64,000 nucleotides of DNA from Bacteroidia bacterium (GCA_030529945.1 JAUMVX010000002.1:17160-81159); one strand, 5' to 3'; numbered from the stretch's first letter, positions 28,084 through 38,002 are shown. A program made the numbers and translations. The notes: generated by a model not told the origin, from the letters alone.

Positions 28084-29709
28084 ATGAAGAAATTAGTATC
28101 AGTCGCCGTGTTCTGCATCATTCTGGGCACGTCCGCTTCGGCCCAGAGCAGAAATTTCAAGCTCGGGCAATGGACGGAAATACAGAACGCCATACTCAAG
28201 GAACTGAACGCGTCATATGTGGATTCCCTTCCGCTGGACCGCATCGAGCGCGCGGGCATCGACGCTATGCTCGAAAGTCTGGACCCGTACACCATATACA
28301 TCCCGGACGAGGAACAGGAAGACCTGGAGATGATGCTGAGCAAGACCTACGGCGGATTCGGCGCGTTAATCTACAAGCCGGACATAGACGGGAACGTCAT
28401 AATATCGGAGCCTTACAGGAACTCTCCGGCGCATCGTCTGGGCTTTGTCTGCGGCGATGAGATCGTCGCCATCGACGGAGCGCCCGTAAAGGGACTCACT
28501 GCCGCCGAATGCACGGAAAAGATGAAGGGCAAGCCGGGAACCACCGTGGTCTTCACGACAAAGCATCTCCGCACGGGGGTCACGGACGATGTCACGGTGA
28601 CTCGCGAGAGGATTCATCTTCCCGATGTGGAGTACTACGGGATGGTGGACGACACCACGGGTTACATCTCCCAGACCGGCTTCACCGCAAACGTCTCCGG
28701 CGAAGTCCGCTCGGCGGTGCTCGACCTGAAGAAGCGGGGAGCGAAGCGGCTTGTGCTCGACCTTCGCGGCAACGGCGGCGGACTGCTTCAGGAAGCAGTC
28801 AATATAGTATCGCTTTTCGTGCCCCGGGGTTCCCTCATCGTCACCCAGAAGGGTAAGGACGGCAGCGGATATTATGAATACAGGACTACCGCGGAGCCTG
28901 TCGACACCTTGATTCCGATAATCGTGCTGACCGATTCGGGGACCGCTTCCTCTTCAGAAATAGTTTCCGGGGCCCTTCAGGATCTGGACAGGGGGACCGT
29001 TATGGGTACACGTACATTCGGCAAGGGTCTGGTGCAGTCCCTCCGCCCTCTCCCCTATAACGGCTCTCTCAAGGTCACCACGGCGAAATACTACACTCCG
29101 AGCGGACGCTGCGTACAGGCCATAGACTACAGCCACAGGAACGAGGACGGGAGCGTCGGACACATAGCGGACTCCCTTACCCACGAATTCCGCACCTCGC
29201 GCGGACGCATCGTCCGCGATGGCGGCGGCATAACTCCCGATGTCATCATCGAAGGCAAGGACTACAGCCGTCTGACCTGGTCGCTCGTGATGAACGGGGT
29301 CGTGGACCACTTCGCATTGGACTTCGTCCGCAGGAACTCCTCCATCGCCCCCATAGACGAGTTCCGCCTCAGCGACGAGGAGTACGAGAATTTCATAAAG
29401 TTCGCCTTGAACGAGAATTTCGATTACCGCTCAAGCGCCCGGACACTCTTCGACCAGATGAAGAAAGAGCTCGGACGCGAGGGGCTTGATACGGCGATGG
29501 AGGCGGAACTCGCAGCTCTCGGCAAGGCTCTCGATATGGACAAGGAGACTTTCCTGCGTCTGAAGAAAAATGAAATCGTGCCTTTCATAGAGGAGGAGAT
29601 AGCTGTGCGCTATTATTTCCAGGAGGCGGGCGTACAAGTGCGCCTGCGCTATGACGAGCAGCTGCACAAGGCTCTCCTCAGTCCGCTTGCGGTCAGCTGC
29701 GGCGAGTAG
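28084..29709 (+). CDS. S41 family C-terminal processing protease
   Basis: LDPYT, PDZ domain, LDLRGNGGG, TASSSEIVSGALQD, TFGKGLVQ, TTAKYYTPSGRCVQ. Confidence 0.93.
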   Translation: MKKLVSVAVFCIILGTSASAQSRNFKLGQWTEIQNAILKELNASYVDSLPLDRIERAGIDAMLESLDPYTIYIPDEEQEDLEMMLSKTYGGFGALIYKPDIDGNVIISEPYRNSPAHRLGFVCGDEIVAIDGAPVKGLTAAECTEKMKGKPGTTVVFTTKHLRTGVTDDVTVTRERIHLPDVEYYGMVDDTTGYISQTGFTANVSGEVRSAVLDLKKRGAKRLVLDLRGNGGGLLQEAVNIVSLFVPRGSLIVTQKGKDGSGYYEYRTTAEPVDTLIPIIVLTDSGTASSSEIVSGALQDLDRGTVMGTRTFGKGLVQSLRPLPYNGSLKVTTAKYYTPSGRCVQAIDYSHRNEDGSVGHIADSLTHEFRTSRGRIVRDGGGITPDVIIEGKDYSRLTWSLVMNGVVDHFALDFVRRNSSIAPIDEFRLSDEEYENFIKFALNENFDYRSSARTLFDQMKKELGREGLDTAMEAELAALGKALDMDKETFLRLKKNEIVPFIEEEIAVRYYFQEAGVQVRLRYDEQLHKALLSPLAVSCGE

Positions 29710-29768
29710 CCCCGTGCGAAAAGACATATAACCACCTGCATAACCATATAATCTGATAACACATCGAT

Positions 29769-30650
29769 ATGTTGCCGATCGTAACAGTAAAAGCCGAACT
29801 TACGGCTGAGGATTGCCTCCGCATCGTGGAGCGCCATAAAAGAACATTCACCTACCCCATCCACCGCCACACGACGGTGGAACTGAACTTCGTGCAGCAC
29901 GGCAAGGGCGTGCGCAGGATAGTGAGGGACAGCAGCGAAGTGATCGGAGAGTACGACCTGTCCCTTATCGGCGAGAACGTGGAGCACGTATGGGAGCAGG
30001 GCGAGTGCAGCTCCTCCGATGTCCGCGAAATCACCATACACTTCTCCGCAAACCTTTTCGACGGGAATTTCATCGGGAAGAAACAGTTCGCCTCCATCAG
30101 GAAGATGCTCGAGAATTCCCGGCACGGACTGGTGTGGGGGATGGACACCATAATGGAGGTTTACAGTCTGCTGAACGCTCTCGCCTCCGAGCAGAACGGA
30201 TTCGAGCAGTTCCTGCTGTTCCAGAAGATGCTTCATATACTGTCGAACTCTCCGTCCCGGCAGCTCACTTCAAGTCCCGAGCCCAAGGCGGTTTCTCCGG
30301 CAACTCAGGAGAATGATCCGATAGCCCTCGTGGCGGAGTATCTCAAGGACCATTACACCAGCGAGGAGGTGAACCTCACATACCTGTCCAGACTTGCGGG
30401 GATGAGTCCGACCGCGCTCAGCCGCGTGTTCAAACAGAAAAAGGGCATCACCCTGTCCGCTTACCTCATAGACTTGAAACTCCAGAACGCCGCGCGCCGC
30501 CTCATAGATACGGACGAGAAGGTCGCGGACATCTGCAAGTCCTGCGGATTCAACAACCTGTCGAATTTCAACCGCACCTTCAAGGCCCGCAAAGGCAAGA
30601 CCCCGAAAGATTACCGCAGTCTCTACAAGAAGAATAAAATCACCGTCTGA
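29769..30650 (+). CDS. AraC-family transcriptional regulator (cupin-type N-terminus)
   Basis: YPIHRH...ELNF; C-terminal double HTH ending GFNNLSNFNRTFKARKGKTPKDYR. Confidence 0.92.
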   Translation: MLPIVTVKAELTAEDCLRIVERHKRTFTYPIHRHTTVELNFVQHGKGVRRIVRDSSEVIGEYDLSLIGENVEHVWEQGECSSSDVREITIHFSANLFDGNFIGKKQFASIRKMLENSRHGLVWGMDTIMEVYSLLNALASEQNGFEQFLLFQKMLHILSNSPSRQLTSSPEPKAVSPATQENDPIALVAEYLKDHYTSEEVNLTYLSRLAGMSPTALSRVFKQKKGITLSAYLIDLKLQNAARRLIDTDEKVADICKSCGFNNLSNFNRTFKARKGKTPKDYRSLYKKNKITV

Positions 30651-32179
30651 TGAAACACACCTTCCCCATTATGGCCGCAGTCCTGGCCTGTGCCGTCTCC
30701 TGTACGGACAGTAAAGTGAATACCCTCGACATAATTCCCTGTCCTCTGGAGATGACTCCCGCATCCGGGGTTTACGACCTGTCCCGGGGAGAGGTGACAT
30801 TCACGATAGACAGCCTGATGGCCCCCGAGGCCTACACCCTCAAGATTACGCCCCGGAAAGCCGTGGTGAAAGCCGGAAGCGAGGCGGGCGTTCTCTATGC
30901 CCGGCAGACTCTGAAACAGATCACAGTCGAGGACGGAGGAGCGCTGCAGTGCTGCGAAATTTCGGATGAGCCGCGCTTCGCCTGGCGCGGACTGCTGCTC
31001 GACTGCGCAAGGCATTTCTACACTGTCGAGCAGGTGAAGAAAGTCCTCGACATAATGGCTTACTATAAGCTGAACCGCTTCCACTGGCATCTGACGGATG
31101 ACCACGGATGGCGGATAGAGATAAAGAAACATCCGCGCCTTGTGGAGGTCGGGGCTTTCGGAGATGTCGGTTCACATTCAGTCCCGGACCCCAATCTTGT
31201 GGGCGAAATCCTCTACGAGGGCTATTACACGCAGGAAGACATCAGAGAGGTCGTCTCCTATGCATCGTCCCTGGGCATAAGCGTGATTCCGGAGATAGAT
31301 ATGCCCGGACATATGACTTCCGCGCTCGCCGCATATCCTCAGCTCGGCTGCACCGGAGGACCCTACAAGGTGGTCAATGTCGTGGGGCCGCGCGGCAAGG
31401 GGCTGGGCAAGGAGAACCTGTGCATCGGGAACGATGAGATCTTCGACTTCATCTCCGACATTCTCGACGAGGTCTTTCCTCTTTTCCCGGGCGAATACTT
31501 CCACATAGGCGGGGACGAGTGCGTGCCGGACAGATGGAACGCCTGTCCGAAATGCCGCAAACGCCTCCGCGACGAGGGTCTGGAGAGCGGGGAGTACTCG
31601 GACGCGCAGCTGCTCCAGAATTATTTCACCCGCAGGGTGCAGAAGATGCTTCAGGAGCGGGGGCGCAAGATAATCGGCTGGGATGAGATTCTGGACGGAG
31701 AGCTGGAGGACGGCGCCACGATTATGTCCTGGAGAGGGACTTCGGGAGGAAAGCGTGCGGCGGAGCGCGGACTGGACGCTATTATGACCCCTATCCGCCA
31801 CTGCTATCTGGATTTTCGCCAGAGCGATGACCTCGAGCACGAGCCTATCGCGCTGAACGGAACAGTTTCCGTGGATTCAGTCTATGATTACGAGCCGCTC
31901 GAGGGGCTCACGGAAGAGGCCGCCCGCCATATCATAGGCGTGCAGGGCAATCTCTGGTGCGACGTGGTTTCCACGCAGGAATACCTGGAATATATGCTTC
32001 TGCCGCGTCTGGCAGCCCTGAGCGAAGTCCAGTGGTGCGCTCCGCAGAACAAGAACCGCGAGAGGTTCCGCTCCGCTATGGACGCTCATCGCCGCTACTA
32101 CGAGGAGCACGGCTACGTCTATGCCAAGCACCTCTGGGGCATCATCGGCCTGCCGGGCCACGAGTACCGCATTCAGTAA
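30650..32179 (+). CDS. GH20 beta-N-acetylhexosaminidase (probable lipoprotein)
   Basis: PRFAWRGLLLDCARHF, FHWHLTDDHGWR, PEIDMPGH, HIGGDEC catalytic DE; TGATG overlap with AraC. Confidence 0.93.
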   Translation: MKHTFPIMAAVLACAVSCTDSKVNTLDIIPCPLEMTPASGVYDLSRGEVTFTIDSLMAPEAYTLKITPRKAVVKAGSEAGVLYARQTLKQITVEDGGALQCCEISDEPRFAWRGLLLDCARHFYTVEQVKKVLDIMAYYKLNRFHWHLTDDHGWRIEIKKHPRLVEVGAFGDVGSHSVPDPNLVGEILYEGYYTQEDIREVVSYASSLGISVIPEIDMPGHMTSALAAYPQLGCTGGPYKVVNVVGPRGKGLGKENLCIGNDEIFDFISDILDEVFPLFPGEYFHIGGDECVPDRWNACPKCRKRLRDEGLESGEYSDAQLLQNYFTRRVQKMLQERGRKIIGWDEILDGELEDGATIMSWRGTSGGKRAAERGLDAIMTPIRHCYLDFRQSDDLEHEPIALNGTVSVDSVYDYEPLEGLTEEAARHIIGVQGNLWCDVVSTQEYLEYMLLPRLAALSEVQWCAPQNKNRERFRSAMDAHRRYYEEHGYVYAKHLWGIIGLPGHEYRIQ

Positions 32180-32221
32180 TGCGGACGGCTCCACGTCGAG
32201 AACAGGATCACCCCTCAGACA

Positions 32222-32259
32222 TAAAAGATTAGGCGACACCCTTCCCCAAAGGTGTCGCC
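32222..32259 (-). terminator. Intrinsic terminator of the candidate sRNA (may also end the GH20 transcript)
   Basis: Minus strand GGCGACACCTTT-gggg-AAGGGTGTCGCC-TAATCTTTT. Confidence 0.7.
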
Positions 32260-32311
32260 CGGTATATAAAACGAACTTAACAAATAGACACGAAATGATG
32301 TTTCAAATGTC
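32222..32311 (-). ncRNA. Candidate trans-acting small RNA (~90 nt)
   Basis: Own promoter (TACATTTG at 32324-32317, TTG 19 nt upstream), AU-rich 5' part with no ATG, and a 12-bp terminator hairpin with U-tract. Confidence 0.55.
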
Positions 32312-32502
32312 CACTGCAAATGTAGGCACTATTTTTTAATATCCAAGCTTTTTCTTTCGAAATTTTAAAACGATTTTCACTTAAAATTTTTAACCCGTTG
32401 AAAGACTTCACTATATATCGAAAAGTTTTTTTCGTTTCAAGCGTTATTTTTCGCCCGACCCTCGGGAGACTCCGGCGGTGGGGTTGAAAAATGTTGTATT
32501 AT

Positions 32503-32534
32503 TTTGCACGATTATGAAAATTGTGCTACATTTG
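32503..32534 (+). promoter_or_regulatory. Canonical Bacteroidetes promoter for the GH9 operon
   Basis: TTTG (32503-06), N20, TACATTTG (32527-34). Confidence 0.78.
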
Positions 32535-32563
32535 CAGAAGGTTACACTAAAATTATCACCAAA

Positions 32564-35080
32564 ATGGGTACGCTCAGGAATCTGCTCGTGACGGCGCTGC
32601 TCGCAGCGTCCGCCGCTTTTTCAGCCGCCGCAGGCGAATGGATACGCATAAACCAGGTCGGTTATCTTCCGAACGCCTCTAAGGTCGCAGTCTATATCAG
32701 CAACTCTCCGCAGCCGCGTGAAGTCACTTCGTTCACGGTAATCGACGCGGCAACCGGCGGGACCGTTTACATTTCCGCCCCCGGTGACATCCGCAATACC
32801 GGAGCCACAGGAGAGCTTACCGCTACATTCAGACTGAATTTTTCTCCCCTGACCGCCGAGGGAACTTATTATCTGGTGGCGGACGGGGTCAGATCCCCGG
32901 AAATCAGAATCGGCACCCGCGTCTATGACGGCTCCGCCGATTTCGTCCTCAACTATATGCGTCAGCAGCGCTGCGGATGGAATCCGTTTATGAAGGACAG
33001 CTGCCACGTCCACGACGGCTACATCCGCTATCATCCGGAAAAGGAAGGGCAGCACATAGACGTGCGCGGCGGCTGGCACGACGCTTCTGACTGTCTTCAG
33101 TACACCACCACCTCCGCGAATGCCATCTACCAGATGATGTTCGCCTATCAGCAGAATCCGGAAGCCTTCGGTGACGAATACCTCTCGGACGGGACTCCGG
33201 GCAGCAACGGCATTCCGGACATCGTGGATGAAATCTATTGGGGACTCGACTGGCTCGACAGGATGAATCCCGAGCCGGGCGAATTCTATAACCAGATAGC
33301 CGATGACCGCGACCACGTGGGTATGCGCTTCCCGGCACGGGACCACGCCGATTACGGCTGGGGTCCGAACAACGGGCGCCCCGTTTACTTCATCACCGGC
33401 GAGCCTCAGCAGAGATACAAGGGACTGAACGCCACTCAGGGCGCGGCCAGCACCGTCGGCAAGTTCGCCTCCGACTTCGCCCTCGGCGCGAAGATCCTCG
33501 CGCCGTTCTATCCGGAATTCGCCGCGAAGATAGGCGCTAAGGCTGCGGACGCCTATCAACTGGGCATAGACAAGCCGGGAGCCTGCCAGACAGCGTCCGT
33601 TGTCTCTCCTTATATATATGAGGAAGACAATTGGGTGGATGATATGGAGCTCGGAGCCGTGGAAATGTACCACAGGACAGCGGACGAGAGATACCTCGCC
33701 CAGGCTATCGAATACGCCCGCCGGGAACCGGTCACGCCGTGGATGGGGGCCGACAGCGCAAGGCACTACCAGTGGTATCCGTTTATGAATATGGGGCATT
33801 ACCATCTCGCGAAGGACGGTAACGCTAAAGTCTCCCGGGAATTCATCCGCAATATCCGCTCGGGCATCTCCCGTACTTTCGAGAAGGCTGACGGAACCCC
33901 GTTCCTCTACGGCATCCCGTCCATCTGGTGCTCGAATAACCTGACCACCGCTATGCTCACCCAGTGCATCCTCTACCGTCAGCTGACCGGCGACGAGACC
34001 TATAAGGAGATGGAAGGCGCACTGCGTGACTGGCTTATGGGCTGCAACCCTTGGGGTGTATGTATGATAGTGGAACTGCCCGGCGCGGCGGTCTATCCGA
34101 CCCAGCCGCATTCGTTCATTCCCAAGTTCGCTCTGGGCAACACCACCGGCGGCCTCGTGGACGGTCCTGTTTACCCGACCATATTCGAGAGCCTGAAGGG
34201 TGTGAATATGGAAGGCGGCATAAACTATATGGAGGTGCAGCCGGGCGTGATGGTCTATCACGACAGCATTCACGACTACTCCACGAATGAGCCGACTATG
34301 GACGGTACGGCATCCCTTACCTTCCCTCTCTCGGCCTACGAAAAGGAAGGCGCACAGCTGCGCGGCATAGTGGAAGATGAAAACGGGGTGGTCACCCGCG
34401 TGAACACCGGCGAGAAGAAAGTGTACCTCGTCTTCACGGCACATTTCAGCACGGGGGACAAGGGGCGTTTCGAGAATTTCGACGGAGTGGTACCTGTACT
34501 GAACACATTGAAGGCCAAGGGAGTGAAGGGCTCCTTCTTCCCTACGGGAGAGTGCTTCCGCCAGAGCAGATACAGAAATGCCATAAAGCGCATCATCCGC
34601 GAGGGCCACTATCTCTCGGCTCACTCCGACAAGCACTTGCAGCTCTGCAGCGGGAAGCGCAGTCTCGTGACCGCCGATTCGCTCATCCGCGACATCCGCA
34701 ATATGGAAGCCGAACTTGGCTCCTTCGGCCTGGAGAAAGCACAGTACAGCTGGATGATTCCTCCGTACGAGAGCTGCGACGCCTTCTCCGCCTATATACT
34801 TAAAGGTCTGGGATACAAGCTTGTGAATCCTACTCCGGGCCTCGTGACAAGCCACGACTGGATGGGACCGGACTCTCCGTCCTATCTGAGCGCCGCGACT
34901 ATGGTGCAGAACATCAAGGACTTCGATGAGAGCTACGGACTGAACGGAGCCGTCATCCTCATACACGCGATGAATTATCCGGACAGGTCCGCGGACGACC
35001 GGGTCTATAGCCATCTGGACGAAATCATCGACTACCTGCGCGGACGCGGATATGATTTCGGTACTTTCAAGGAACTATAG
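32564..35080 (+). CDS. Secreted GH9 glycoside hydrolase fused to a C-terminal CE4/NodB-like polysaccharide deacetylase
   Basis: Signal peptide from 32564; WIRINQVGY, GGWHDASD, TNEPTMD (GH9); HSDKH, PPY, SHDW, ILIH (CE4-like). Confidence 0.85.
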   Translation: MGTLRNLLVTALLAASAAFSAAAGEWIRINQVGYLPNASKVAVYISNSPQPREVTSFTVIDAATGGTVYISAPGDIRNTGATGELTATFRLNFSPLTAEGTYYLVADGVRSPEIRIGTRVYDGSADFVLNYMRQQRCGWNPFMKDSCHVHDGYIRYHPEKEGQHIDVRGGWHDASDCLQYTTTSANAIYQMMFAYQQNPEAFGDEYLSDGTPGSNGIPDIVDEIYWGLDWLDRMNPEPGEFYNQIADDRDHVGMRFPARDHADYGWGPNNGRPVYFITGEPQQRYKGLNATQGAASTVGKFASDFALGAKILAPFYPEFAAKIGAKAADAYQLGIDKPGACQTASVVSPYIYEEDNWVDDMELGAVEMYHRTADERYLAQAIEYARREPVTPWMGADSARHYQWYPFMNMGHYHLAKDGNAKVSREFIRNIRSGISRTFEKADGTPFLYGIPSIWCSNNLTTAMLTQCILYRQLTGDETYKEMEGALRDWLMGCNPWGVCMIVELPGAAVYPTQPHSFIPKFALGNTTGGLVDGPVYPTIFESLKGVNMEGGINYMEVQPGVMVYHDSIHDYSTNEPTMDGTASLTFPLSAYEKEGAQLRGIVEDENGVVTRVNTGEKKVYLVFTAHFSTGDKGRFENFDGVVPVLNTLKAKGVKGSFFPTGECFRQSRYRNAIKRIIREGHYLSAHSDKHLQLCSGKRSLVTADSLIRDIRNMEAELGSFGLEKAQYSWMIPPYESCDAFSAYILKGLGYKLVNPTPGLVTSHDWMGPDSPSYLSAATMVQNIKDFDESYGLNGAVILIHAMNYPDRSADDRVYSHLDEIIDYLRGRGYDFGTFKEL

Positions 35081-35083
35081 GTT

Positions 35084-36037
35084 ATGGCAGTTATTGCGAT
35101 AGATCTGGGCGGAACCAAAGCCCTCGGAGCCGTCTTCGACGGCGAGGGAAATAAGGTCAGGGAGGAAATCCGTTATCTGAACGGAGCCGGGGGAGACGAA
35201 GCTGCGGACTTGACCGCCGAACTGGTCTCCTCACTCAAGGATTCCTATGCCTCTGAGAGCATAGAGGCCGTCGGGGTATGCGTCCCGGGAATCGTGTATT
35301 CGAAAGATGACACGGTCTGGGCTCCGAATATCCCCGGCTGGAGCAGATACCCGCTTAAAAGGCGCATCGCCGAAGCGGCAGGCCCCGGCATAGAGATAGC
35401 CATAGAAAGCGACCGGACCTGCTACATCCTCGGAGAAGTGTGGAAAGGAGCCGCGAGAGGCTGTGAGAACGCCATCTACATCGCCGTGGGCACGGGAATC
35501 GGAATGGGGATTCTCGTCGACGGACGGATATTGCACGGCGCGAACGACATAGTCGGCGCCTGCGGCTGGATGGCTCTCCAGTACCCGTATGTCGAAGATT
35601 ACATCCCGACAGGCTGCTTCGAGCATTACGCCTCGGGAAACGGCATCGCGACGCAGATCCGCAAAGCCCTGCGCTGCGCCCGCAACTACAGCGGAGTGCT
35701 GAGCTGCAAGCCGATAGAGGACGTGGACTCGCACGACGTGTTCTCCGCATACGATCAGGGAGACCATCTCGCGACCAAGGTGCTCGACAAGGCGGTCGAG
35801 ATGTGGGGAATGGCCGCGGCCAATGTCGTAAGTCTCTTCAACCCGGAGAAGGTCATTTTCGGCGGCGGCGTTTTCGGGCCTGCCGGCAGGTTCCTGGGAC
35901 GGATTTACGATGAAGCCTGCAAGTGGGGCCAGCCTATAGCGATGCGGGACGTGCAGTTCTGCGTTTCGCAGGTGCAGGGAGAGGCCGCCCTGTACGGCTC
36001 GGCCTACCTCGCCATAAGAGCTGCAGGCTCCGAGTAG
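35084..36037 (+). CDS. ROK-family sugar kinase
   Basis: IDLGGTK, ESDRTCYILGE, VGTGIGMG, GCFEHYASG; no N-terminal HTH. Confidence 0.88.
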   Translation: MAVIAIDLGGTKALGAVFDGEGNKVREEIRYLNGAGGDEAADLTAELVSSLKDSYASESIEAVGVCVPGIVYSKDDTVWAPNIPGWSRYPLKRRIAEAAGPGIEIAIESDRTCYILGEVWKGAARGCENAIYIAVGTGIGMGILVDGRILHGANDIVGACGWMALQYPYVEDYIPTGCFEHYASGNGIATQIRKALRCARNYSGVLSCKPIEDVDSHDVFSAYDQGDHLATKVLDKAVEMWGMAAANVVSLFNPEKVIFGGGVFGPAGRFLGRIYDEACKWGQPIAMRDVQFCVSQVQGEAALYGSAYLAIRAAGSE

Positions 36038-36060
36038 GACAATGAAAAGAAGTACAATAT

Positions 36061-37215
36061 ATGAATAAAGGATATTCGACCCCCAAGGTATTCATCGCCG
36101 CCTGCGCGGGAATGTCGTTTTTCGGAATGGCGATGCTCTCGATGGCCCCTATTCTCGGAAGACTGAACGAGATGGTCTCGGGGGCCAACGCTCTGCCCTC
36201 CACTATGTCTCTGGGCATCCTTCTGGGGACAGTGGTTTTCGGCCCGGTAGTGGACCGCTTCGGCTACAAGTCGCTGATGGTCGTCGCATCGGTGATGGCT
36301 CTGGCCGGAGTACGGGGGCTTGCGGGCTTTCAGGAGATTCTTCCTCTCCACATCTCCATATTCTGTCTCGGCTTCGGCGGCGGAGTCCTTAACGGAGCGA
36401 CCAATGCTCTGGCCTCGGACATCTACGATGATGACAGAAGGGGAGGGCGGATAGCTCTGGTGGGCTCGTTCTACTGCATCGGGGCGCTCCTCTGGACTTT
36501 TATGAACCTCTTTACGGAGGACTTCACGATTCCGCTGGACATCGTCTCCGCAGTGATGGGCTTTTCCATAGCATATTTTCTCTGCATCAGCTTCCCGGCG
36601 GCCAAGCCTTCCGAGGCAGTATCTTTCAGGAAAAGCGTAGGCCTGCTGAAATATCCCGCCCTGCTGCTGCTTGCGCTCGTGCTCTTCTTCGAAAGCGGTT
36701 TCGAGGGGGCGCAGGGTAACTTCAGCGCATTGTTTATGGAGAGGGGGAAAGGATTGGACGCGACAGCGGCCAAACTGGCTATGACGATTTTCACGGTGGG
36801 GATGCTCGCGGGCAGGCTCCCGCTCGGCAAGGTACTCTCGCGCATAGGAAATCTCGGTGCGCTTTACGTCTATCTGGGTATAGGGCTTGCGGGCGTGCTG
36901 CTGCTGTCTTTCGCGTCTTCGACCCCGCTCTGGGCGTACCTGTCTCTGGGACTCATCGGTTTCGGAATCGCCGCCACCTATCCGGTGATTCTGAATTATG
37001 TCGGCAGTGCGTTCAGAAATCAGTCGGGCACCGCGATGTCCATAGCCCTCTTCGTCGGTCTGCTCGGGCAGTTCACCTGTAATAAGCTTGCGGGCGCGGC
37101 TTTCGATGCGGGGGCTTACGCCTTCCTCCCGATAATGCTGTCCTCCGCCGTGTTATGTATGATGGTCATAGCGCCCCTCGCCGTGAAAGCGGCTTCCAAG
37201 ATAAAGAATCAATAA
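36061..37215 (+). CDS. MFS sugar transporter
   Basis: About 12 TM segments; motif A GPVVDRFGYK. Confidence 0.87.
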   Translation: MNKGYSTPKVFIAACAGMSFFGMAMLSMAPILGRLNEMVSGANALPSTMSLGILLGTVVFGPVVDRFGYKSLMVVASVMALAGVRGLAGFQEILPLHISIFCLGFGGGVLNGATNALASDIYDDDRRGGRIALVGSFYCIGALLWTFMNLFTEDFTIPLDIVSAVMGFSIAYFLCISFPAAKPSEAVSFRKSVGLLKYPALLLLALVLFFESGFEGAQGNFSALFMERGKGLDATAAKLAMTIFTVGMLAGRLPLGKVLSRIGNLGALYVYLGIGLAGVLLLSFASSTPLWAYLSLGLIGFGIAATYPVILNYVGSAFRNQSGTAMSIALFVGLLGQFTCNKLAGAAFDAGAYAFLPIMLSSAVLCMMVIAPLAVKAASKIKNQ

Positions 37216-37236
37216 TCAACAATAAAACAATTCATT

Positions 37237-37998
37237 ATGTTAGCTAAAGAATGGAAAAAGAATGCCATCAGCGTGATGGACGAAATCGAGTCGACTCAGA
37301 TGGAACAGATCAGGAAAGTGGCGGAGGTTATGGCGGACTGCATCCAGTCCGGTCATCTCGTGCACACTTTCGGCTGCGGCCACGCCAATCTCCCCATCGA
37401 GGAAATGTATCCGCGCATCGGCGGTATCGTGGGTTTCCATCCGCTCTGCGAGCTTCCGCTCACCTTCTTCACCCATATCACGGGAGAAATGGGAATTAGC
37501 CAGTTCCTCTGGCTCGAAAGGGCGGAGGGCTACGGCCAGGCCATAATGTCCAGCTGGAATTTCGAGAAGGAAGACCTGCTCTGGATTTTCTCGCACACGG
37601 GAGTGAACGCGGTGAACATCGATGTGGCGAACGAGGCCCACAAGAGAGGGATGAAGGTCATCGTCTGCGGCTCCGCCAGCCGTACCGGCGACAAGAAGCC
37701 TCGTCATTCCGGCGGAAAGAACCTCTTCCAGATTGCTGATTATGTGGTCGATACCTGCTGTCCGCTCGAGGACGCGTCCGTTCCGCTGAAGAATCATTTC
37801 GACAAGATAGGTCCGCTCTCCACTATGGCCTCCGTGACCTGCGTATGGATGATAATCACCACAGTCTGCGAGATTCTCGCCGACAGGGGAGTGAAGCTGC
37901 ACATCAATCCTTCCCACAACGTTCCCGGCGACACCACCGCGAGAGAGCGTCTGGACGCGGCCATCGAAGCCTATAAGGCAAGCGTGAGACGCTGCTAG
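37237..37998 (+). CDS. SIS-domain sugar-phosphate isomerase-like protein (UPF0309-like)
   Basis: VHTFGCGHANLP, IFSHTGVNAVNIDVA, YVVDTCCP, GPLSTM. Confidence 0.8.
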   Translation: MLAKEWKKNAISVMDEIESTQMEQIRKVAEVMADCIQSGHLVHTFGCGHANLPIEEMYPRIGGIVGFHPLCELPLTFFTHITGEMGISQFLWLERAEGYGQAIMSSWNFEKEDLLWIFSHTGVNAVNIDVANEAHKRGMKVIVCGSASRTGDKKPRHSGGKNLFQIADYVVDTCCPLEDASVPLKNHFDKIGPLSTMASVTCVWMIITTVCEILADRGVKLHINPSHNVPGDTTARERLDAAIEAYKASVRRC

Positions 37999-38002
37999 GG
38001 CG

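Noticed and set aside
29720-29765. Three ATAAC(C/A) repeats before the AraC gene
   Set aside because: Short, irregularly spaced and indistinguishable from an ordinary AT-rich translation leader.
32621-35014. 797-aa ORF antisense to the GH9-CE4 gene
   Set aside because: Mirror-frame artefact of biased codon use; no domain signature.
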